Below, in pieces: positions 9,016-16,114 of a stretch of DNA of 64,000 nt (positions are counted from its first letter, which is position 1; each line of letters starts with the position of its first letter). The translations under genes and the position numbers were made by a program. The notes under the pieces were generated by a model, which was not told where the DNA came from, searched no databases, and saw only the letters and a program-made list of their open reading frames with translations. Source of the stretch: an uncultured Polyangiaceae bacterium (GTDB lineage Bacteria > Myxococcota_A > Polyangia > Polyangiales > Polyangiaceae); NCBI GenBank assembly GCA_964392575.1, contig CAYMQT010000002.1:21832-85831 (forward strand), written 5' to 3'.

Positions 9016-9077
9016 AGTGTACCCTGCAACTAGAGTGTACCCTGCAACTAGAGTGTACCCTGCAACTAGAGCGCACC
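9006..9077. repeat. Four tandem 18-bp units (CTGCAACTAGAGTGTACC) starting inside the stop codon region of the upstream gene
   Basis: Read directly: units at 9006-9023, 9024-9041, 9042-9059 and 9060-9077 (the last is degenerate). Each carries an in-frame TAG. Confidence 0.9.
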
Positions 9078-9149
9078 TACGTGTCTGTGACTGAAGCCGA
9101 GGAGAAAAAAGTACCAATTCTTGGCCCGTGAGGGACGGGGTCTGTCAAA

Positions 9150-9494
9150 ATGCGAAGGGCTAGGGGCCCTATCTCGGGGCTTCGACCATCATCGAAGACG
9201 GGACTCGCCGTGACGGACGTATCAGAAATCGAAGAGCTGCGGGCGCAGCTCGAAGTATTGCAGGCGCGCGTCAAGCGAGGCGCCCAGCGCTTTTCGGGGG
9301 ACGCATCGAGTGATGCGGGATCTCCTCTGGAGCAAGCTCGTGAGTTCGCACAAGAGTGGAACCTCCCCGAAGCGTCTCAGAAGCTCGCTGAATTTCTGGG
9401 AGGCTTGGGAGAGGACATCAAGGAGTCGAAGCCACGGGCACTGGTGAGTGCCTTCCTCGCGGGCTTCATCGCCGGGAAGGTTCTCGGACGATGA
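9150..9494 (+). CDS. DUF883/ElaB-YqjD-like membrane-anchored protein
   Basis: Helical N-terminal part and a C-terminal anchor (PRALVSAFLAGFIAGKVLGR) as in ElaB/YqjD-type proteins. The start is uncertain. Confidence 0.4.
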   Translation: MRRARGPISGLRPSSKTGLAVTDVSEIEELRAQLEVLQARVKRGAQRFSGDASSDAGSPLEQAREFAQEWNLPEASQKLAEFLGGLGEDIKESKPRALVSAFLAGFIAGKVLGR

Positions 9495-10021
9495 GCGCGC
9501 GCCCTACAGAACATGCGGCAAGTGAAAGCCTCAAGCGGGTGCAGCTCATCTTGAAGGCCCAAAAGACCGTGGCCAAGGCGCAGGTACGGCGCACGCTGCG
9601 CGCCCTTGCGCTTGCCATTCTCAGCCTTACGTTTCTGATCTCCGCGGCGGCTGCGCTCCATCTGGCTGGATACATTGCCCTTCAGGCGTCCTACGGATCC
9701 GTGCGCGCCGCTCTCGTCGTGGGAGCTGTCGACTTCTTTCTGGCGATGGCGTTACTTTTGGGCGCGCTTTCTTCTCCGCCCGAGTCCGATGTCGAGCAAC
9801 TTGCGCGCGAGGTCACCCAGGCGTCTCTCGAATCCCTTGGGGACGACGTGGAGGATCTACGCGACGAATTCCGCGGCCTCATCGGCGATGTGCATCATCT
9901 ACGAGACGCCGTCAGCCTGGTGCGGAGCGCGCTCGGAGCGCCACTCCAGATGCTCTTCCGTTACGTGTTCGATGGCTCAAGGTTCGATGGCTCAAGGCGC
10001 GCGCCCACTGACGAAACCTAG
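9491..10021 (+). CDS. Holin-X/DUF1469-like two-TM membrane protein
   Basis: ATGA overlap with the upstream ORF. Two hydrophobic helices (LALAILSLTFLISAAAALHLAGYIAL; ALVVGAVDFFLAMALLLGAL) in the usual DUF1469 layout. Contains a 2x15-bp duplication (FDGSRFDGSR). Confidence 0.4.
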   Translation: MSARPTEHAASESLKRVQLILKAQKTVAKAQVRRTLRALALAILSLTFLISAAAALHLAGYIALQASYGSVRAALVVGAVDFFLAMALLLGALSSPPESDVEQLAREVTQASLESLGDDVEDLRDEFRGLIGDVHHLRDAVSLVRSALGAPLQMLFRYVFDGSRFDGSRRAPTDET

Positions 10022-10049
10022 CACTGCCGCCCAAATCTAGCACCGCCGA

Positions 10050-11981
10050 TCAGTCTTCGAGCGGGACTCTCAGGCCCACTCGCTGCATCAAGCGGAGAGC
10101 GTTGCCTGAGGTGACCGGACCTTCACGCAGGGTATAGTCGAAGGTCATCTCGCCCTTGTTTTCGTCTTCGCGGAAATGATGCTGCCGGACGAGTTGCATC
10201 AGGTGGTCCGGAAGGCGGCAGAGTTCCATGTCGTGCGTCGTAATGACACCAAAAGCACCCATCCGAAGCAGCTCCGCCAGGACCCAACGGGCGCCGACCT
10301 GCCGCTCTCTCGAATTCGTGCCGTGCAGCACTTCATCAAGGAGGAAAAGGACGGGAAGGCCGCCGGACTCGGCGAGTCGTACGACGTCTGCGAGCTTTTT
10401 CACCTCTGCATAGAAGTGACTGACACCGCTCTTGAGAGAATCCGAGACGCGGATACTGGTGCCCATCAAGCAGAGGGGTAGGGTCATCTCGCGCGCCATC
10501 ACCGGTCCGCCCGCAAGAGCAAGTACGCAGTTGGTTCCGAGGGCGCGGAGAAAGGTGCTCTTGCCGGACATGTTGGATCCGGTGATCAAGAGTGCATGTC
10601 CGAGGGCGAGGGGTGAGAGGTCATTTTTTACGCGATTTTCTGCGGAAATCAGCGGATGACCGAGAGCGAGGGCGGAAATGCCTAATGCGGTTTCATTGCC
10701 TGGAAGAGCGGTTTCATCTCCGGAAAGAATGCGCGGCAGACTCGAGTCTGGCTCGTCGGCGTAGAGCCCGGCGAGGGAGGACAGAGCTTCGTAATCTCCG
10801 ATGACCTCAAACCAACGGTCGAGATCCTGGCCCGCGTCCGCTTTCCACTTCTCGAGCGCCCGGGTCATATGAATGTCCCAGAGCAAAAGCGCGTTCACGA
10901 CCGGGTAGATCATGCCGTTGTGACGCAGATCGAACCAGCTCACGAGGAAGCGGAAGCGCCGCATGACTTCGCTCGGCTTTTTCCCCGTGCGCGCCAAGAG
11001 CCGTTCCCGTCGCTCTTTGAGCCACGGGGACTTGGCCTCGTAGGTTTCAAGAATTTCGAGCAAGCGTCCATAGCGGAGAAAGGCTCCTTCCGTCGTGGAG
11101 ACAGCCCCGAAGGCCTCTGCGCAGTCCTTCTTGGTGAGCGAGAGGAGCGCCAGACCACAGAGCAGGGGCGCGAGCCAATAGGTAGGCGGCGTTCTGAGGA
11201 AGATCTGCGCCCAGATCCCAGCGAGCATGAGGACGGGAAGGAGCCATGCAAGAACCGCGACGCCTATCCTGCCGCTGAGCTTGCCCTCCGCGGCGACCCA
11301 GGTGAGCAAGCGCAGCGGGTTGGGTCCGTCGGTGATCTGTGTGGCGCGGCCCCGTTTTTTCTCCACCAAGGCCATGCCTTCGGCTTCTAGCTCCTGACGA
11401 AAGCTGAGCTGATCTGCGAGTTCGAGGACCGCTTCTTGACGGGCCAGAATCTCAGAGAGTTCCGCGGGTGCGGAGAGCCAAGCCGCCAGTGTCGTCTGGC
11501 CGTAACGGGTGTGCGCAACGCTCACGCGCTGATACAGCGAGCTGACGCCAAACAAGTCGAGATCGTCGGCCGACAAGTGTCCCTCCGGAGCAAATGTGGC
11601 TCCGGTCCGGGGCAGCCCTTGAAAGTTCCCACGCAGGCGCATCTGAGCGTGCTCATTGACGATGGCGAAGCGCTTTTGATGCGCTTCTTTTTCAAGCACC
11701 CGGCCATGATGGGAAATCAAAAGGAGGAAGGCGACGAATGCGAGAGCCCCGAGGACGCCACCGAGGGTCGAGTCCTCTGCGAGATAGTAGCCGCAGCCGA
11801 TGACCGCAGCGGCGAAGGTCACGCCCCGGAAGTTTTCGAGGAGACGGCTTTGTTTTGCGAACGCATCAGCCTTCTGACCGAAGCTCGTATGGAGCTGTTG
11901 ATAGCGCTTGAGGGAATCGGCGATGGGCCGCCGGGATTCGCTTTCTCCGAGAGTCACGGCGGGGGGTATACGCCGGAGCAC
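10050..11981 (-). CDS. Membrane-associated MutS-related ATPase (MutS domain V only)
   Basis: C-terminal MutS-type ABC ATPase motifs (LLITGSNMSGKSTFLRALG; LFLLDEVLHGTNSRER). The N-terminal half has hydrophobic TM segments. No mismatch-binding domain or Smr domain is apparent. Confidence 0.8.
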   Translation of the reverse strand: MLRRIPPAVTLGESESRRPIADSLKRYQQLHTSFGQKADAFAKQSRLLENFRGVTFAAAVIGCGYYLAEDSTLGGVLGALAFVAFLLLISHHGRVLEKEAHQKRFAIVNEHAQMRLRGNFQGLPRTGATFAPEGHLSADDLDLFGVSSLYQRVSVAHTRYGQTTLAAWLSAPAELSEILARQEAVLELADQLSFRQELEAEGMALVEKKRGRATQITDGPNPLRLLTWVAAEGKLSGRIGVAVLAWLLPVLMLAGIWAQIFLRTPPTYWLAPLLCGLALLSLTKKDCAEAFGAVSTTEGAFLRYGRLLEILETYEAKSPWLKERRERLLARTGKKPSEVMRRFRFLVSWFDLRHNGMIYPVVNALLLWDIHMTRALEKWKADAGQDLDRWFEVIGDYEALSSLAGLYADEPDSSLPRILSGDETALPGNETALGISALALGHPLISAENRVKNDLSPLALGHALLITGSNMSGKSTFLRALGTNCVLALAGGPVMAREMTLPLCLMGTSIRVSDSLKSGVSHFYAEVKKLADVVRLAESGGLPVLFLLDEVLHGTNSRERQVGARWVLAELLRMGAFGVITTHDMELCRLPDHLMQLVRQHHFREDENKGEMTFDYTLREGPVTSGNALRLMQRVGLRVPLED

Positions 11982-12006
11982 TAGTCACATCTACAAAAAG
12001 CCACCG

Positions 12007-12669
12007 CTACTTGGTTTCCGTGATGGTGAAAGTCAGCTTGGCGCCCGTCATGGGCACAGTGATGGCGCCGACTTGCCTTCGGTCCACGACATCGGCGATG
12101 CATTGAGCTGTGGCCTTTTCTACGCCACGAAAGGAACTCACGGTCGCTCCTTCTGCTCGAACGCGATCCGCCTGCACGATGAACTTGACGACCACCTCCG
12201 CGCTAGCTGCGCTGAGCCCGCCCCCGCTGACCACGCACGCTTGGTAGCGGTCCATCGGTGCGTCGAGGCGTCCGAGGGTGATGTCACCCGTGTCGGCGAC
12301 GATCGGACCGAGGGCGACGTTGATGCTCGTGGGCAGAGGTTTCTTTTCTGGTTTCGTTTCTTCGGGTGCGGCAGTGCTTGGTTTGGTGGCAGTGCTGGAT
12401 TTGGCAGCAGTGCTGGGCGTACTTTTTTCAGAGCGCTTCTTCTCTGCGGTAACGAGGCGTTTCGCTTCCGCTTGACTGAGACAGCGGTGAAGGACGCCCT
12501 TGCCGTTCGAGAGTCGTCCCCAAGGACAAGCGGGATCGTACGGATAGCGGGTCTCAGAATCCGAACCAGCGAGGCCCACTGCGGGCAGAAGAAGCAGGCA
12601 ACTGAGGGTCAGAAAGGTCGACCAAGGGGTCGTGGGCCGACCGCGACGTTCCGAAGGCGCGTGTCTCAT
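12007..12669 (-). CDS. Secreted hypothetical protein with a Lys/Thr/Ser-rich linker
   Basis: Start placed at ATG 12669, giving a signal-like segment (FLTLSCLLLLPAVGLAG). Ends 25 nt upstream of the MutS-related gene on the same strand. Confidence 0.5.
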   Translation of the reverse strand: MRHAPSERRGRPTTPWSTFLTLSCLLLLPAVGLAGSDSETRYPYDPACPWGRLSNGKGVLHRCLSQAEAKRLVTAEKKRSEKSTPSTAAKSSTATKPSTAAPEETKPEKKPLPTSINVALGPIVADTGDITLGRLDAPMDRYQACVVSGGGLSAASAEVVVKFIVQADRVRAEGATVSSFRGVEKATAQCIADVVDRRQVGAITVPMTGAKLTFTITETK

Positions 12670-12746
12670 GCTCCTGGCTTGTGCCATAAACTTGCTCAAG
12701 TGCCCAAGAAACCCGCACGCGGTCATTTGTGATAGCTTCCCGCCCG

Positions 12747-13631
12747 ATGAACAGCCCTTTGGTCCTCAGGTCTGGCTCCCTGGAAATGACCGTCGATCCC
12801 CGGATTTCCGGTCGGATCACCGCTCTCACCTTTCAGGGCCGACGGCTGCTTTCCGGACCGGAGCGGCATGCCGACAACTGGGGAGCGACCTATTGGACCA
12901 GTCCTCAGAGTGATTGGGGTTGGCCTCCGCTCCTGGGCGTCGATGGAGAGCCGTACCGCATAGAACCTTCAGCGTCAGGCATTCACTTGGTGGGACCTTC
13001 TGTGAGCCTGGGAGCACGCCGCTTTCGGATTGAGAAGAAGTTTGACAGAGCCATGGTGCCCGGTGCCATGGTGCCCGACGCCATCGACGCCACTTATGTG
13101 ATCCGAAACGAAGGAGAGGGGACGTTTTCCATGGCGAGCTGGGAGATCTCGCGGGTGGAGGCGGGAGGACTGACCTTCTTTCCTTCGGGAGCTGCTTCTC
13201 TCACCCCGATCCCTCCTCATGCAGAGTTGGTTTGTGAAGAAGTCCACGAGACCACCTTCTATGATCACTCCACGTTCGAGATCGGAGCGTGTCGCAAACT
13301 CCACGCGGACGGCAAGGGAGGGTATCTCGCGCACCTCAGTGGGGATCTTCTGATGCTGAAGGTGTTTGAAGATTCCCTGCCTGAAGAGCAGGCTCCCGGA
13401 GAGGGGGAGTGCGAGATCTTTGCCAATGAGGACGGAAAGTACGTGGAAGTAGAGGTTCAGGGTCCCTATCGATCGATAGGTTCGGGCCAAGCCAGCTCAT
13501 TTTCGCTTCGTACTGCGGTCTTGCTCCTGCCCCCTTCCCTCACGCACAAGGATCGGGCGGGACTCCGAGCCTTTGCGGATGAGTGGGTCGCACGCCTTTC
13601 GCCTCCGGCTCAAGAAGGGGAGGACGGATGA
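12747..13631 (+). CDS. DUF4380-like (mutarotase-like beta-sandwich) protein
   Basis: N-terminal pattern (LEMTVDPRISGRITALTFQGRRLL...YWTSPQSDWGWPP) resembles DUF4380. Start taken as ATG 12747. Stop overlaps the next start (ATGA at 13628-13631). Confidence 0.5.
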   Translation: MNSPLVLRSGSLEMTVDPRISGRITALTFQGRRLLSGPERHADNWGATYWTSPQSDWGWPPLLGVDGEPYRIEPSASGIHLVGPSVSLGARRFRIEKKFDRAMVPGAMVPDAIDATYVIRNEGEGTFSMASWEISRVEAGGLTFFPSGAASLTPIPPHAELVCEEVHETTFYDHSTFEIGACRKLHADGKGGYLAHLSGDLLMLKVFEDSLPEEQAPGEGECEIFANEDGKYVEVEVQGPYRSIGSGQASSFSLRTAVLLLPPSLTHKDRAGLRAFADEWVARLSPPAQEGEDG

Positions 13632-14815
13632 CCGTTGAACCGTCCGTACGACCTCCTTCGGTCGCCGAGGGGGTGCTTCAATTTTTAAGTAGCCTCGGGC
13701 AGCGCTCGGAAGCAGAGTTGTACCTGCGGCTGTTTCGCGACCTTCCGGAGCGGCGTTTCGCCGTTCTCATTCCTACGGTCGAAGTTCTGCGTCAAAGCTC
13801 AGGCACTCTCGCCGATCAGCTCCGTTTCCTTTTGGATCTTGGACTCTATCCGACAGTCCTTTTGGGTGCGCTCGATCCCCTGTCGTCGGAGATCAGAGAG
13901 CACTTCTTGGCTGCGCTCGAAGAGGCAGACGTCCGTTACTCCGCGCGCCTGGCGAGCGGGGAGAATGTTTCTTCGCCCTCGGATCGTGGAGCGGTCCTCG
14001 TTCTTACGGTCTCGACGCCGGAGGCTGAGAGCGTAGTGGAGATTGTTGGTGCTTTGGCCCCGAAAAGGACGCTTTTTTTGCGTCGTGGGGGCGGCCTTGG
14101 ACCTCATCGAGATCGAGTGCTGGAGCTTTCTCCGGGGCATGTGCTCAAGAGCGATCGAAGCGGGATCGGGGTCATCAATCTACGCAGCGATGCGGAAGAG
14201 CTGCGGAGCCTTGACCTCTTCTCAGAGCAAGATCGCACTTATTTAGATCTCGCGTCCCGTATCTTGGACGGGCCGCTCAAGGTGGACGCTCGTGCCACTG
14301 TTTCGGTAGCTTCCCCCCTTTCCCTCATTCGAGAACTCTTCACCGTTTCAGGGGAAGGAACTCTCATCAAGCTGGGATCTCAGGTCAAGGCCTTCGACGT
14401 TCTCGACGGCGTTGATTCTGCGCGCATGTACGCACTCATCGAGGAGAGCTTTGGACGAGTCCTTTCGCCCGCGTTCCTTTCCCGCTTGCCCCTCAAGATC
14501 TATCTCGAATCAGATTACCGCGGGGTCGCCTTCCTGGAGAGGGGCGAGCAAGCGGCATTTTTGAGCAAGTTTGCCGTCCTGCCCGTGGCCCGAGGGGAAG
14601 GCTTGGGGCAGGATCTTTGGTGGTCATTGACGCGCGATTTTTCGTCGCTGTACTTCCGCGCGCGACCCGACAACCCCATCAACGCTTGGTATGGATCTGT
14701 CTGCCACGGAGTGCATCGCACGCCGGAGTGGAACGTCTACTGGCTGGGAGTGGAGCCGGACCGCTTGCCTGCCATTATTTCCGATGCGCTGAATCGTCCG
14801 TTGGATTTGTTGTAG
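13628..14815 (+). CDS. Vertebrate-like N-acetylglutamate synthase homolog (AAK-like domain plus DUF619 NAT domain)
   Basis: The C-terminal segment (FLSKFAVLPVARGEGLGQDLWWSLTRDF..YFRARPDNPINAWY) matches the NAGS/NAGS-K NAT domain as I recall it. The N-terminal AAK-like part lacks an obvious K-x-G-G motif. Confidence 0.55.
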   Translation: MTVEPSVRPPSVAEGVLQFLSSLGQRSEAELYLRLFRDLPERRFAVLIPTVEVLRQSSGTLADQLRFLLDLGLYPTVLLGALDPLSSEIREHFLAALEEADVRYSARLASGENVSSPSDRGAVLVLTVSTPEAESVVEIVGALAPKRTLFLRRGGGLGPHRDRVLELSPGHVLKSDRSGIGVINLRSDAEELRSLDLFSEQDRTYLDLASRILDGPLKVDARATVSVASPLSLIRELFTVSGEGTLIKLGSQVKAFDVLDGVDSARMYALIEESFGRVLSPAFLSRLPLKIYLESDYRGVAFLERGEQAAFLSKFAVLPVARGEGLGQDLWWSLTRDFSSLYFRARPDNPINAWYGSVCHGVHRTPEWNVYWLGVEPDRLPAIISDALNRPLDLL

Positions 14816-14955
14816 CACGTCCGAAAACCCTGCTGCGCGCCCTGTTGGTCTCTCAACGCGCCCTCTCGGTCGTCGTCCTCAGATGCCATTTATAATTTAT
14901 ATGTCGGCGTCTTCCTCCCTAGTCAGAGGGCGCTCGCGACGCTTTTCGGACGTGC
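14815..14955. repeat. Nested inverted-repeat element filling the gap between two convergent genes
   Basis: The outer 13-bp perfect IR is GCACGTCCGAAAA (14815-14827) with TTTTCGGACGTGC (14943-14955). The inner 9-bp IR is GCGCCCTCT (14858-14866) with AGAGGGCGC (14925-14933). The centre is AT-rich (CATTTATAATTTATATG). Confidence 0.8.
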
Positions 14956-14957
14956 GC

Positions 14958-15767
14958 TTAGCCTTCCAGGTAGGTTTTCCGTTCCTGCTCGCTAAGGCCC
15001 AAGGACTGAGCGGTTTCTTCTCTGAGTTGGCTTTTTACGTGCGGCATGAATTCATCGAACTCTTCGAGATCACCGTACTCCGCGTGCAGGTTGGTCGCGT
15101 AGAGGTGGAGCACTCCGCCTTCGTTTCGATCTGAGGAGAATCGACACAGCGCCCGGGGATCGACCCCTTCCTTCACTTCCGCTTCCGAGGGCAGAGGCAA
15201 GACGCTGAGGCGAGGCCGGATGGTCTGTGGGAGCCCTTGCAGGGTGCGAAGGGCTTCCTCTTTGATGCGGCGAAGCAGTTCGCTTTCCGGGTGGGAGGCG
15301 TCGAGATCGGCGCGATCGAGGCTGAGGGTCCTGAGAAAGTGCAACGTGGCCTCTTCGGTTCTGCCCAGATCTTCCAGAAGATCGCCGGCCAGGTGATGCG
15401 CGTCGGCGTTTTCATCGTTCTCGGAGAGGACCCGAAGCGTGATCTCGACCGCGGCCTCTAGCTGTCCCAGAGTCTGATGAGCGCGCGCCAGGGTGAGCTG
15501 AAAATCTGGGAGTGCTTGGACCGGCTCTGGCAAGGAATCGAACATCGCGAGCGCTTCTTCGGGATCGTCGAGTGCCAACTCGTCCAGGGCGAGCAGGGCT
15601 TCATCGAGTTCCGGTCGGAGTCTCTGCTCGAGGTCTTCGCTTGCGGAATCTTCGGATCCAGTGTCCTTCGTCACGACAAGAACCCTACGCCGGATCGGGC
15701 TGGGCGCTAGAGGGCGCGGTTTCTTGCGGGACGTCCCCCAAACGGACACACTCCCGCCCGTGCTCAC
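14958..15767 (-). CDS. Acidic TPR-like hypothetical protein
   Basis: 269-aa ORF with coding-like composition and a TPR-like helical segment (LARAHQTLGQLEAAVEITLRVLSENDENADAHHLAGDLLEDLG). No catalytic motif recognised. Confidence 0.5.
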   Translation of the reverse strand: MSTGGSVSVWGTSRKKPRPLAPSPIRRRVLVVTKDTGSEDSASEDLEQRLRPELDEALLALDELALDDPEEALAMFDSLPEPVQALPDFQLTLARAHQTLGQLEAAVEITLRVLSENDENADAHHLAGDLLEDLGRTEEATLHFLRTLSLDRADLDASHPESELLRRIKEEALRTLQGLPQTIRPRLSVLPLPSEAEVKEGVDPRALCRFSSDRNEGGVLHLYATNLHAEYGDLEEFDEFMPHVKSQLREETAQSLGLSEQERKTYLEG

Positions 15768-16074
15768 CCTCTATCTATTCATCTTGGGTGTCGGTGCCGT
15801 GGGCGCCCTGGCCTATATGATGCTTTTCCTTTCCCACGTTCCAGGGGCCAAGGACGAGCGCTTTGGAAAGCTCGAAGCGCTGCCGGCGGACTTGCAAAAA
15901 TGGATTCAAACTCCGGAGCCTTCTGGCGACGGTCTCGTGCGGGAGCAGCGCCACCTTCTCGAAGAGGGGAGTGGAAGACTCATTTTGCAGGTGCGTTTTC
16001 GAGACCCCAAGACCCAAGAGATCGTGCGCGTCCTGCCCGAAGAATTCGTGAAAAGACGCCGCATTCGCAATTGA
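15760..16074 (+). CDS. Small single-TM hypothetical protein
   Basis: In-frame GTG at 15760 gives VLTLYLFILGVGAVGALAYMMLF (TM) followed by a soluble tail. The longer 15661 start would overlap the divergent gene. Confidence 0.35.
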   Translation: MLTLYLFILGVGAVGALAYMMLFLSHVPGAKDERFGKLEALPADLQKWIQTPEPSGDGLVREQRHLLEEGSGRLILQVRFRDPKTQEIVRVLPEEFVKRRRIRN

Positions 16075-16114
16075 GTCGGGGGTGTTCCGCCGCCGCTCGC
16101 CCTCGGGTCATTCA

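Noticed and set aside
9006-9077. A CRISPR array, considered for the 18-bp repeats here and at 61900-62126.
   Set aside because: The units are directly tandem with no spacers, are far shorter than CRISPR repeats, and no cas genes are present.
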